A stretch of 64,000 bases of DNA, from assembly GCA_963716725.1 (NCBI GenBank), contig CAVQUB010000009.1, positions 128,001 through 192,000 of the forward strand, in the 5' to 3' direction. Both the position numbers and the translations under genes were made by a program. This document shows, one piece after another, positions 39,271 through 48,518 of this stretch. Within the stretch, counting starts at the first letter, position 1; each line of letters opens with the position of its first letter. The notes beneath the pieces were generated by a model. The model had not been told where the DNA came from and searched no databases. It saw only the letters and a list, made by a program, of their open reading frames with translations. The stretch is from an uncultured delta proteobacterium (lineage in GTDB: Bacteria; Myxococcota_A; Polyangia; Polyangiales; Polyangiaceae).

Positions 39271-39858
39271 ATGTCGCAGTCGGTGGCGCCCCCGCCAAAA
39301 GGGGGAAGCGGAGCCTTCATCGGCGCAGCGGTCGCTATGCTGCTGCTGATGGGCGGATTGATCTTCTGGAAGATGCGCGGCGGCGAACAGCCGCAGCAGC
39401 CCACCGCGCCGCCACCCCCGCCGGCGACCACACCGGTGGTCTTCGAGCAGCCACCCCCACCCCCACCGCCTCCTCCGCCCGTAGAAGAGGACGCCGGGAA
39501 GAAGCCCGTGACCAAGGTCGTCGGTGGCGGCGGTGGCGGCTGTACAGGTGAGTGCAAGGGCACAGCCACCGCGGCACTGCAGTCGGCCCTCGCGGGCAAG
39601 GCCGGGGCGGCCCGAGGCTGCTACGAGCGTGGTCTGCGACAGAACGCGATGCTGCAAGGCAGGTTGGTCGTGAGCGTCCGGGTGGGCCCTGCCGGTCAGG
39701 TCTGCAGCGCCGGCGTCGCCAGCAACGGCCTGGGTGATCCCGGCGTCGCGTCCTGCGTCGTGGGGCTGTTCCGGTCTGCGAGCTTCCCCCCACCCCAAGG
39801 GGGTTGCGTCGACACCCAAGTTCCGATGAACTTCGTGCCGAAGGGTGGAGGCAAGTGA
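39271..39858 (+). CDS. AgmX/PglI C-terminal (TonB_C-like) domain protein
   Basis: One TM, a Pro-rich spacer, RGCYERGLRQN..LQGRLVV and FPPPQGG...VPMNF. Confidence 0.8.
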   Translation: MSQSVAPPPKGGSGAFIGAAVAMLLLMGGLIFWKMRGGEQPQQPTAPPPPPATTPVVFEQPPPPPPPPPPVEEDAGKKPVTKVVGGGGGGCTGECKGTATAALQSALAGKAGAARGCYERGLRQNAMLQGRLVVSVRVGPAGQVCSAGVASNGLGDPGVASCVVGLFRSASFPPPQGGCVDTQVPMNFVPKGGGK

Positions 39859-40184
39859 TGCGCGCTCCCAAATGGCAAGGGCCGGTTTCGCTCGCTGCGA
39901 GCATGATCGTCGGCCTCGCGGTGGCGTGGGGCTGCGGCGAAGACGAGGGCATGACGCCAAACTGCCCCGAGCTTCCGCTCTACGCTGCGCTGGACGCATC
40001 GCCGTCCGACATCGCAGCTCGGGAGCAGGCGGCCGCCGAGGGCTGCGTGACCAGGGCCGGTACGGCAACGACCTCGACCTCCCCGCCTGCGGGCGGCGGC
40101 GGTAGCGGTGGCAGCGGCGGTAGCGGTGGCGGCAGCGGCAGCGGTGGCAGCAGCGGTAGCACCGGCGACGCGGCAGCGGACTGA
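39858..40184 (+). CDS. Small lipoprotein with Gly/Ser tail
   Basis: Lipobox AWGC; coupled to the upstream gene (TGATG). Confidence 0.6.
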   Translation: MRAPKWQGPVSLAASMIVGLAVAWGCGEDEGMTPNCPELPLYAALDASPSDIAAREQAAAEGCVTRAGTATTSTSPPAGGGGSGGSGGSGGGSGSGGSSGSTGDAAAD

Positions 40185-40985
40185 GTGACCGCGCCTTCGT
40201 TCGGCGTGCTGCTCGGCGTGGCCTACGACGGCGGGCCGTTCTCCGGTTTCGCGCGGCAGCCCGCGGCGCGCACCATCGCAGGCGAGCTCGACGGCGCGGC
40301 GCGCTGCCTCGACCCCGGCTCGTCGCTGATGCGCGGCGTCAGCCGCACCGACGCGGGCGTTCATGCTCGCGCGCAGTGCGTCGCCTTCGATACGACGCTC
40401 GACATTCCGCCACGCGGTTGGGCTCTCGCGCTCGCTCGACACCTGCCCAGTGAGATCGCGGTCGTCCGCGCGGCGCGGGTCCGCGTCGGCTACGATCCGC
40501 GCTCTGTCGCCCGGACCAAGACCTACCGGTACTCGGTGCTGCAGAGCCTCGTCCGCGATCCGTTCCGATCCAGCTTCACCTGGCGCATCGCCGAGAGGTT
40601 GAACCACCAAGCCATGGGCGAAGAAGCCTCGCTCCTGATCGGCGAGCACGACTTCCGGGCGTTTCGTGCTGCGGGCGATCCCCGGCTCGACACCCGGCGG
40701 CACATCTTGCGCGCGCAGGTGCACCCCTCCGCAGTCGACGGCCTGGGCCTCGACATTGTCGTCACCGGCAACCGATTTCTCTACAAGATGGTGAGGATCA
40801 TCGCCGGAACGCTGGTCGACGTCGGTCGCGGCCGGCTCCGCCCCGGCGCGGTGGCGCGGGCCCTCGCCAGCGGGTCCCGCGCGGACCTCGGGATCACCGC
40901 GCCCCCGGAGGGGCTCTGCCTCGAAGAGGTCACGCTGGACGAGTCCGGAACCGACGCGTGGCCTGACCAATTTCCGCGCGATTGA
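40185..40985 (+). CDS. truA: tRNA pseudouridine(38-40) synthase
   Basis: AYDGGPFSGF, SRTDAGVHA, GEHDFRAF, FLYKMVRII and TAPPEGLCL. Confidence 0.96.
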   Translation: MTAPSFGVLLGVAYDGGPFSGFARQPAARTIAGELDGAARCLDPGSSLMRGVSRTDAGVHARAQCVAFDTTLDIPPRGWALALARHLPSEIAVVRAARVRVGYDPRSVARTKTYRYSVLQSLVRDPFRSSFTWRIAERLNHQAMGEEASLLIGEHDFRAFRAAGDPRLDTRRHILRAQVHPSAVDGLGLDIVVTGNRFLYKMVRIIAGTLVDVGRGRLRPGAVARALASGSRADLGITAPPEGLCLEEVTLDESGTDAWPDQFPRD

Positions 40986-41065
40986 CGTGACGGGGGTCGT
41001 AACGTACTGACTGGCCGCCCGAAGTGCGTTCCCCGGGCGGACCGCGCGGGTGAGGAGCATCCCCG

Positions 41066-42616
41066 ATGGGACTTAAAGACAAGATCTCGGAACGCGGCAA
41101 GCAGATCCTCCTGAGCCCCGCGGTGATGCGCTGGGTCTCCGACGACCGAGTCATGAAGGCGGCCGAGGGCTTGATGGACGCCCCTTCGCGGATGAAGGCG
41201 GCCTGGAGCGTGCTCAAGTACGGCCACGACCTGCCCGCCATCGATCCCGCGGTGGACGAATCCATGGGCGAGGTCTCGGCGGTCCGCGGCGAGACGCGCG
41301 CGAGGCCAAAGACCAATGGCAGCGGCGCCCACGATCCAAACGCCACCGCCCGCTCCCTCGGCTCCGATGACATGAAGGAGTCGCTCAAGGAGCGCAGCTC
41401 GCTCAGCGGCATTGGCGGCCGCGACGTATTCGAGAAGTGCTTCAAGTTCAGCGCCGCCGACAACGCGCGCAAGATGGGCATCTACCCCTTCTTCCGCGCC
41501 CTCGACCTGAACGACGGCCCCGAGGCCGTGATCGACGGCAAGCGCGTGGTGATGTTCGGCTCGAACAACTACCTCGGCCTGACCACGCACCCCAAGGTGC
41601 GCGATGCAGCCAAGGCCGCCATCGATCGCTTCGGCACCAGCATGACGGGCTCGCGCCTGGTCAACGGGTCGATGAAGCTGCACGAAGAGTTCGAGGACAA
41701 GCTCGCGGCTTGGATGGGCAAAGAGAGCGCGCTGGTCTTCACCACCGGCTACCAGGTCAACATCGCCACCTGCTCGGCGCTGCTGAGCAACAAGAAGAGC
41801 GTCGCGGTCATCGATCGCAACGTGCACGCCTCGCTCTACGACGGCGTCCGCTTGGGGCAATCGGCCGGCGCGCGGTTGGTGCGCTACCGCCACAACGACG
41901 CCGAATCCTTGGACAAGGCCCTGGAGAAGGTCGACGCGGGGGAAGGCGCGCTGGTCATCACCGACGGCGTCTTCAGCGCCGAAGGCGAGATCGCCAAGCT
42001 CGACGAGCTCGTGCCGGTGGTGAAGAAACACGGCGCGCGCCTGTTCGTCGACGACGCCCACGCGCTCGGCGTTATCGGCCCCTCGGGCCGGGGCACGGCT
42101 CACCACTTCGGGGTCTCGGATCAGGTCGACCTGATCGGTGGCACCTTCAGCAAGTCGCTGGCCAGCATCGGTGGCTGGCTGGTCGGCGAGCGCAAGGTGC
42201 TGGACTACATTCGCCACTTTGCCCCGAGCTTCTTGTTCGCCGCCGCCGCCGCGCCGCCCAACGTGGCCGCGGCCATGGCGGCCTTCGAGCTCCTCGAAGA
42301 GGAGGGCTGGCGCATCACCAAGCTCAAGGAGAACTTCACGTACATGCGCGACGGCCTGAAGCAGCTGGGCTTCGACCTCGGGCACACCCAGACCTCCGTG
42401 ATCCCGATCTATATCCGGGAAGATCTGCGCACGATCATGATGTGGCGCGATCTGCTCGAGGACTACGGCATCTACACCAACCCGTTCATCTCGCCCGGGG
42501 TGCCGCCGAAGCACGCCATGCTGCGCACGAGCTACATGGCGACCCACGAGAAGGCCCACCTCGACCGCGGGCTGGAGGCCTTCGAGAAGGTCGGCAAGAA
42601 GTACGGCGTGATCTGA
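41066..42616 (+). CDS. spt: Serine palmitoyltransferase-like alpha-oxoamine synthase with N-terminal extension
   Basis: GIYPFFR, MFGSNNYLGLT, GSRLVNG, HASLYDG, DDAH and the PLP-lysine motif GTFSKSLASIGG, typical of bacterial SPT rather than BioF or Kbl. Confidence 0.8.
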   Translation: MGLKDKISERGKQILLSPAVMRWVSDDRVMKAAEGLMDAPSRMKAAWSVLKYGHDLPAIDPAVDESMGEVSAVRGETRARPKTNGSGAHDPNATARSLGSDDMKESLKERSSLSGIGGRDVFEKCFKFSAADNARKMGIYPFFRALDLNDGPEAVIDGKRVVMFGSNNYLGLTTHPKVRDAAKAAIDRFGTSMTGSRLVNGSMKLHEEFEDKLAAWMGKESALVFTTGYQVNIATCSALLSNKKSVAVIDRNVHASLYDGVRLGQSAGARLVRYRHNDAESLDKALEKVDAGEGALVITDGVFSAEGEIAKLDELVPVVKKHGARLFVDDAHALGVIGPSGRGTAHHFGVSDQVDLIGGTFSKSLASIGGWLVGERKVLDYIRHFAPSFLFAAAAAPPNVAAAMAAFELLEEEGWRITKLKENFTYMRDGLKQLGFDLGHTQTSVIPIYIREDLRTIMMWRDLLEDYGIYTNPFISPGVPPKHAMLRTSYMATHEKAHLDRGLEAFEKVGKKYGVI

Positions 42617-42634
42617 CGTGCTATCTTGAGGGCT

Positions 42635-43738
42635 ATGCGTGGTCTCCTCGCCGCCCTCGCCGCCAGCACGACCCTGACCTTCGCTGGCCTCGCCTCGGCG
42701 TGCCCGGTGGGCCTGAAGGTCAGCGTCGACAATGACAGCCCCGGCTCGGGCTACTCGGAGGTGAAGCCCGAGAACTGGCTCGGCAACAACGTCGCCGCCT
42801 GCAAGGGCACGTACCGCTACCTGAGCCACACGGTGGGGGACGGCACGCGCAAGGGCAAGGCCATCTGGCAGCCGAAGATCGCGACCGCGGGCATGTACGA
42901 GGTCACTACCAGCTTTCGCGCGACCTCGAACCGCACCAACGACGCCGACTACACCTTGTACGACGACAAGAGCGGCAGCCAAAAGAAAAGCGTCGATCAG
43001 ACCAAAGGCACGGACTGCACCAAGGTCGTCATCGGAACGGCCTACTGCGCGCCCGGCGGCAGCTGTCGCCTGGTGCTCGACGGCGACGACGGCAAGAGCG
43101 ATTCCGGCGACGAGACCGTCTTCGTGCTCAAGAGCTGCGACGCGACCTCGGACGCCGGCGTCCCGCCGGGTCCCTGCGACGGCATCGCCGCTGTCAGCGC
43201 CTACGAGGTGTGCGCACAGACCGCGACGACCTGCTCCGGCGTGTACAGCAACGGTGCGGGTTGTACCGCGTACTGCGCGGCGGCCGGCATGGTCTGCACC
43301 GCGCGCTTCGGCGCGGGCAACGGCTGCGAGAAGGAGGCGCAGAACCCCTTTGCTTGCAACGCCAACAACGGGCACCAGTCCAACTGGTGCGAGTGCGCGC
43401 TCCCCGCGGGCACCGGCGGTACCGGCGGCATTGGCGGTGGCAGCGGCAGCGGCGGCGCAGCCGGTGGTGGCGGCGCCAGCAACGGTGGTAGCGCGGGCGC
43501 CGCAGGCAGCGCGGGCAGCGCGGGCAGCGCAGGCGCGGGCGGAAGCGGCGCAGGGTGGGTCGGCACCGGAGCGAGCGTCGGCAAGATCGACGCGGGACCC
43601 GACGTGACGGGAGGCACCACCGAGGACGACGCCGGAACCTGCGGATGCCGGGTGGGCTCGCGATCGCAGCGCGAGCTTTGGGCAACCCTGCTCGCGCTGG
43701 GTGCGGCCGGCCTCGTATTCCGCCGCCGTCGCGGTTGA
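42635..43738 (+). CDS. MYXO-CTERM surface protein with golvesin/CBM-like and Cys-rich domains
   Basis: Signal peptide, VDND..GYSE, AIWQP...GMYEV, a Gly-rich linker and a C-terminal GTCGCRVG-TM-RRRRG. Confidence 0.8.
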   Translation: MRGLLAALAASTTLTFAGLASACPVGLKVSVDNDSPGSGYSEVKPENWLGNNVAACKGTYRYLSHTVGDGTRKGKAIWQPKIATAGMYEVTTSFRATSNRTNDADYTLYDDKSGSQKKSVDQTKGTDCTKVVIGTAYCAPGGSCRLVLDGDDGKSDSGDETVFVLKSCDATSDAGVPPGPCDGIAAVSAYEVCAQTATTCSGVYSNGAGCTAYCAAAGMVCTARFGAGNGCEKEAQNPFACNANNGHQSNWCECALPAGTGGTGGIGGGSGSGGAAGGGGASNGGSAGAAGSAGSAGSAGAGGSGAGWVGTGASVGKIDAGPDVTGGTTEDDAGTCGCRVGSRSQRELWATLLALGAAGLVFRRRRG

Positions 43739-43770
43739 CGCCCCGTGCGGCAGCGCATTAGCTGGCGCGC

Positions 43771-44901
43771 ATGTCGGTCGAAATTCGTGAGACTCCCATC
43801 GGGGGAAACCTCCGAGACTTTCTGGACGTGGTCGATTACGTCTACCGCGACGATCCCAACTACGTTCGCCCCCTGGACTTCGATCTCGGGCAGCGATTGA
43901 GCAAGAAGAACCCGTTCTTCGAGCACGCCGAGGCCACCACCTTCACGGCCTACAAAAACGGCTGGTGCGTCGGCCGCGCCAGCGCGCAGGTCGATCGCGG
44001 GCACCTCGACCGCTACAAGGACGACGCCGGTTTCTTCGGGTTCTTGGACACGGTGGACGATCCGGAGGTGAGCCAGGCTCTGCTCGACGCCGCCGCCAAG
44101 TGGCTCGCGCGTCGGGGCATGAAGAAGATGCGGGGGCCGCTCTCGCTGAATATCAACGAAGAGATGGGGTGCTTGGTCGAGGGCTTCGAGACACCGCCCA
44201 TGATCCTGATGCCGCACCACCGCGCCTACCAAGGCGGGCTCATCGAACAGGCCGGGCTCGAGAAGCTCAAAGACGTCTTTGCCTGGCGCTACACCGTCGG
44301 CGACGTGCCCAAGCGGGCGGCCAAGGCGGTGGCGGACGTCGAAGCCATGCCCGAGGTGACGCTCCGACACGTCGACAAGCGCAACGTCGAGCGCGACGTG
44401 CGCATCATCATGGACGTCTTCAACGACGCCTGGAGCGACAACTGGGGCTTCGTGCCGCTCACCGAGGCCGAGCTGCGCAAGATGGCCAGCGAGCTCAAGC
44501 CGATCTTGATGCCCGAGCTGACCTACATCGCCGACATCGACGGCGAGCCGGCGGCGGTGGCGTTGGCGCTGCCCAATATCAATGAGCTGATCGGCGACCT
44601 GAACGGCAAGCTGTTTCCGCTGGGTCTGCCCAAGCTCTTGTATCGCCTCAAGGTGAAGGGGCCCAAGTCGGCTCGGCTGATCATCCTGGGCATCCGCAAG
44701 AAGTACCGCGGCGTGAAGAAGTACGGCGCGCTCAGCATTTGCCTGTACGCGAAGATGCACCGCTCTGCCGAAGCGATCGGCGTGCGCTGGGGCGAGCTGT
44801 CGTGGACCCTCGAGGACAACGCTGCGGTGAACGTGGGCATCAAGTTCATGGGCGGCGAGATCTACAAGAAGTATCGCCTCTACGAGCGCGCCATCGCCTG
44901 A
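43771..44901 (+). CDS. Tandem GNAT N-acyltransferase, bacterial ceramide synthase (bCerS/YghO)-like
   Basis: NPFFEHAE, GFFGFL, MRGPLSLNINEEMGCLVEGF..PP..LMPH, FNDAWSDNWGFVP, ELSWTLEDN and YKKYRLY. Confidence 0.75.
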   Translation: MSVEIRETPIGGNLRDFLDVVDYVYRDDPNYVRPLDFDLGQRLSKKNPFFEHAEATTFTAYKNGWCVGRASAQVDRGHLDRYKDDAGFFGFLDTVDDPEVSQALLDAAAKWLARRGMKKMRGPLSLNINEEMGCLVEGFETPPMILMPHHRAYQGGLIEQAGLEKLKDVFAWRYTVGDVPKRAAKAVADVEAMPEVTLRHVDKRNVERDVRIIMDVFNDAWSDNWGFVPLTEAELRKMASELKPILMPELTYIADIDGEPAAVALALPNINELIGDLNGKLFPLGLPKLLYRLKVKGPKSARLIILGIRKKYRGVKKYGALSICLYAKMHRSAEAIGVRWGELSWTLEDNAAVNVGIKFMGGEIYKKYRLYERAIA

Positions 44902-44939
44902 CGCGCACCGGTTACTCGCGCTGGCGGCACGGGCGCCGT

Positions 44940-46439
44940 ATGCTCGATGGCGTGCGTCTCGCCTTCCTGACTTCGCTCGCGCTCCTGGTCTCGGTCGCCT
45001 GCAGCGGCGACGACGAGGGCCCCGGCTCGGCGAGCGGCGGCGCGAGCTTTGGCGGGGCATCGACTGGTGGGCACGCCGGCACTGGCGGCAGCGCGGGCGG
45101 CGGCGGCAATGCGAGCGGCGGCGGCAGCGCGGGCGGTGGCGCGGGTAGCGGCGGCAGTACGACGACAGGAGGCACCGGCGGCGGTGCACCCATCGGACCC
45201 ACGCGCTACCCGGAGGGCGACGTCACCTCGCCGCTCTCGGATCACGTCGCGAAGCGGCTCCGCGCCATCGCCAGCCAGAACGCCACTCGCAAGGGCGACG
45301 TGTTCATGAAGGTCGGGGACTCGCACACCGTGAGCAAGAACCTGATGTACTGCTTCGCTGGCCCGGCCCAGCCGAGCTACCAGCTCGACCTCGCGGGCAA
45401 CGACGCGCTCCTACCGAGCATCCAGCATTTTCGAAGCGGCAGCGCCGCGGGCAAGACGCCCTTCGATCGCGCCTCGCTCGCCGCGGTGGTCGGCAAGACC
45501 GCGAGCTGGTCCATCACCGGCAGCCCGTCGCCGCTGAATCAAGAGACAGCAGCGCTGAACCCGCGCTTCGCGTTGGTCAGCTACGGCACCAACGACATGC
45601 AGATGGGCGTGACCTTTGCGAGCGCGCTGTGGCCCTTCTACGAAAGCATGTCGAAGCTCTTGGACCAGCTCGAGCAGGGCGGCGTCGTGCCCATCCTCGC
45701 GGGCCTCTTGCCCCGGGGAGACTCGCCCGCCGCGGCGCTGTGGGCCGAGGTCTACGACCACGTCACGCGAGCCCTGGCGGAGAAGCGCCAACTCCCCTAC
45801 CTCAGCGTGTATCGGGCCACCAAGGATCTGCCCAAACAGGGTCTCGCGGCGGACTCGCTGCACGGCAACGTCTATGTGGCGGGGACGAGTCAGCCCTGCG
45901 TGTTCGCGAAGGCCGGGCTGGACTTCAACTACAACGTCAGAAACCTGCACAGCATGCGGCAACTCGACGTGGTCAAACGCCTGGTGATCGACGACGCGCA
46001 GGCGCCGGACGTCGGGGTCCCCATGCCGGCGGGGGCCGGAACCGCAGCAGATCCCGTGGTCGTGGACACGCTGCCCTTCACCCACCACGCGAGCACCCAG
46101 GGTTCGCCGAGCTCCGTCATCGATGCTTACCCAGGTTGCAACTCCGCGGCCAACGAGTCCGGCCCCGAGCGCTTCTACACACTCACACTCACCGAGACCA
46201 CGCCGATCCGAGCCATGCTCTTCGACCGCGAGGGCGTGGATGTGGATCTGCACCTGCTCTCGGGCGGAACGACGGGGGCGCATTGCCAGGCCCGGCACGA
46301 CCGCTTGATCGAGACGACGCTCGGGCCCGGCACCTACAGCTTCGTGGTCGACAGCTTCACCGCCTCGGGCGCCGCGCTCTCCGGCGAGTACACGCTGGTC
46401 GTGATGCGCTGCGCCTCCAGCGACGCGGCCTGCAATTGA
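44940..46439 (+). CDS. SGNH/GDSL hydrolase lipoprotein with C-terminal PPC-like domain
   Basis: Lipobox SVAC, KVGDSHT, YGTND and DSLH, with a C-terminal DVDLHLL...GPGTYSFVVDSF. Confidence 0.82.
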   Translation: MLDGVRLAFLTSLALLVSVACSGDDEGPGSASGGASFGGASTGGHAGTGGSAGGGGNASGGGSAGGGAGSGGSTTTGGTGGGAPIGPTRYPEGDVTSPLSDHVAKRLRAIASQNATRKGDVFMKVGDSHTVSKNLMYCFAGPAQPSYQLDLAGNDALLPSIQHFRSGSAAGKTPFDRASLAAVVGKTASWSITGSPSPLNQETAALNPRFALVSYGTNDMQMGVTFASALWPFYESMSKLLDQLEQGGVVPILAGLLPRGDSPAAALWAEVYDHVTRALAEKRQLPYLSVYRATKDLPKQGLAADSLHGNVYVAGTSQPCVFAKAGLDFNYNVRNLHSMRQLDVVKRLVIDDAQAPDVGVPMPAGAGTAADPVVVDTLPFTHHASTQGSPSSVIDAYPGCNSAANESGPERFYTLTLTETTPIRAMLFDREGVDVDLHLLSGGTTGAHCQARHDRLIETTLGPGTYSFVVDSFTASGAALSGEYTLVVMRCASSDAACN

Positions 46440-46470
46440 GTCAATCGCGCCTTTGCCGTAGAGTTCGGCC

Positions 46471-46956
46471 ATGACCCGTTGGCTGCTGCGGACCGCGGCG
46501 CTCTTCTGTTTCGTGACCTCGTCGGTGGTGGCTTGTGGTGCCGATGATACGAGCGGGCCCCCGTCGGCTCCTTGCAACGATCAGACCAAGGGCGCCGCTC
46601 CCATTTGCGGGAAGACCTGCGCCAACAAGTGCGGCTGCGGTCAGTGTCAGCCCGGCTCGCAGACCTTCATCGACAGCTCGCTCTACGTCTGTAGCGGCGG
46701 CTGTTTCTCGCTGGCGAGCGGCGTCGGTGGCTCCACCAGCACCGGTGGCTCGGGCGGCGGAGGGAGCGGCGGCGCGGCGGGCGCCGGCGGCACCGGCTGC
46801 CAGACCGTCGACTGCAACAAGACGCCGCCGATCTGCGGAGCCTGCACCACCTGCGCTTGTTGCAGCTGCAACAACGGCCAGTTCCTCGACATCGGTGGCA
46901 AGACGCACGTCTGCAACGGCGGTTGCTTCCAGCCCTCGACCGGCGACGGCGGCTGA
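46471..46956 (+). CDS. Small Cys-rich lipoprotein with two repeated Cys modules
   Basis: Lipobox VVAC and two 'PICG..C...C.C..C...C.GGCF' modules. Confidence 0.7.
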   Translation: MTRWLLRTAALFCFVTSSVVACGADDTSGPPSAPCNDQTKGAAPICGKTCANKCGCGQCQPGSQTFIDSSLYVCSGGCFSLASGVGGSTSTGGSGGGGSGGAAGAGGTGCQTVDCNKTPPICGACTTCACCSCNNGQFLDIGGKTHVCNGGCFQPSTGDGG

Positions 46957-47036
46957 GCGACGAGGTCGCGGCGGGCTCGGCGTTTCGACGACCAGGCAAC
47001 GGCGCCACCCACTTGGTGCTAAGCGAGGATCACAAT

Positions 47037-48518
47037 ATGCCCGTTCCCGTCACCCGTACGGAGGTGTGCTTCCGCCCGGACCCCCGGCGTGTCATCACGA
47101 AGCCCTTCCTCCCCACGGGAACTTTCGCCGATGGCAGCTCGCGTGCCGACCGAATCCTCGCGCGCATCTTGGCGCTACCGGAGCCCGTCGTCGTCGAAAC
47201 CTTGGCCGCGACTTGGGCGCGTTTCTCGGCGCGGCACGCCGAATTGATTGCGGTGCTCGAGCGCAGCTTTCGGGAGGTCGCAGCGCACGTGCCAGAACCG
47301 AACAGTCTATCGACCGAGCGCCGACGCCTGATCGGAGCGTACTTCACCCACGAGTACTCGGTCGATGCCGCGGCCCTGAGCAATCCGTCGATGGTGGCAG
47401 CGCCGGATCAGAGCGGGGTTGGCCCGGATGAACAGCGCTTCGTGATGAGCCTTCGCGCCATCGGCGAGGGCCATGTCTCGTCGATTCAGTTTCGCTCTGG
47501 CGTGGTCGATAGCCAGGGCCGAGTGAGCGTTGACGCAGCCAGCTCGGTGGTGTGCACGGCCCGTCGCCAAGCGCCGCTCTACGACAAGGCGATCTTCCGC
47601 ACCAAACTGGTCGAGCTTCAGTCCTTCACCAAGACCGCGGAATACGTCTTCGAACTCTTGCCCGATCAATTCACCCTGCAAAGCTTGGACGCGGCGCTCC
47701 GAGAGACCAGCGCCCGACTAGAGCGCGACGAAAGCGTGTCGCAGACGACCCGCACCATTCATTGGTTGGCGTCTTCGAACTACGAGAGCACCTTCGATGC
47801 TCGCTCGAGCATCTCCGCGCGCGTGCTGTTTCCCGCAGGTCCCACCGAGAGCCACGGCATGGAGGACGCTCGTTTCGTGCGTTTTTGCGATGACGATGGC
47901 CGCGTGACCTACTTTGCGACCTACACCGCGTACGACGGCTATCGAATCCTCCCGCAGCTGATCGAAACGCGCGACTTCGTCTCCTTCCGCGTGGCGACCC
48001 TCAACGGGAAGAGCGCGACCAACAAAGGCATCGCGCTCTTCCCGCGGAAGCTCGACGGAAGCTTCGTCGCCCTCGGGCGCCTCGACAACGAGAACAACCA
48101 CCTCCTGCGGTCCGACAACATTCATTTCTGGAACGAGCACGAGACACTCCAGGTGCCGGAGTCTGCCTGGGAGCTCACCCAGATCGGCAATTGTGGCTCG
48201 CCCCTCGAGACCGAGGCGGGGTGGTTGGTGATCACGCACGGCGTGGGTCCTTTTCGAGAGTACGTGCTGGGCGCCATCTTGCTCGACGCCAAGGACCCGG
48301 CGCGTGTGCTGGGCCGTCTCGCAAAGCCTCTGCTATGCGCCAACGAAGACGAACGCGACGGCTACGTTCCCAACGTCGTGTATTCGTGCGGCAGCATGAT
48401 TTTCGGCAACCACCTGGTGCTGCCCTACGGGATTTCGGACGTCGCTGCGCGCATTGCGACCGTGCGCCTCGATGACTTGCTCGAGCGCCTCACGAGCCGA
48501 GCGACTCGCAGTACCTGA
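47037..48518 (+). CDS. Glycoside hydrolase family 130 (beta-mannoside phosphorylase/hydrolase), long form
   Basis: ALSNPS, SLRAIGEGHVSSI, GMEDARF, YATYTAYDG, NKGIALFP, THGVGP and GYVPNVVYSCG. Confidence 0.88.
   Translation: MPVPVTRTEVCFRPDPRRVITKPFLPTGTFADGSSRADRILARILALPEPVVVETLAATWARFSARHAELIAVLERSFREVAAHVPEPNSLSTERRRLIGAYFTHEYSVDAAALSNPSMVAAPDQSGVGPDEQRFVMSLRAIGEGHVSSIQFRSGVVDSQGRVSVDAASSVVCTARRQAPLYDKAIFRTKLVELQSFTKTAEYVFELLPDQFTLQSLDAALRETSARLERDESVSQTTRTIHWLASSNYESTFDARSSISARVLFPAGPTESHGMEDARFVRFCDDDGRVTYFATYTAYDGYRILPQLIETRDFVSFRVATLNGKSATNKGIALFPRKLDGSFVALGRLDNENNHLLRSDNIHFWNEHETLQVPESAWELTQIGNCGSPLETEAGWLVITHGVGPFREYVLGAILLDAKDPARVLGRLAKPLLCANEDERDGYVPNVVYSCGSMIFGNHLVLPYGISDVAARIATVRLDDLLERLTSRATRST

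Noticed and set aside
41066..42616. Annotation as bioF or kbl
   Set aside because: The GTFSKS and YPFFR motifs, the nearby bCerS-like gene and the absence of bio or tdh genes favour SPT. This is not fully excluded without a phylogeny.
40781..43375. 864-aa minus-strand ORF and other long alternative-frame ORFs (e.g. 43201-45189, 25925-27589, 1676-3280)
   Set aside because: These are shadow ORFs antisense to well-supported genes, expected in high-GC DNA, and show no recognisable motifs.
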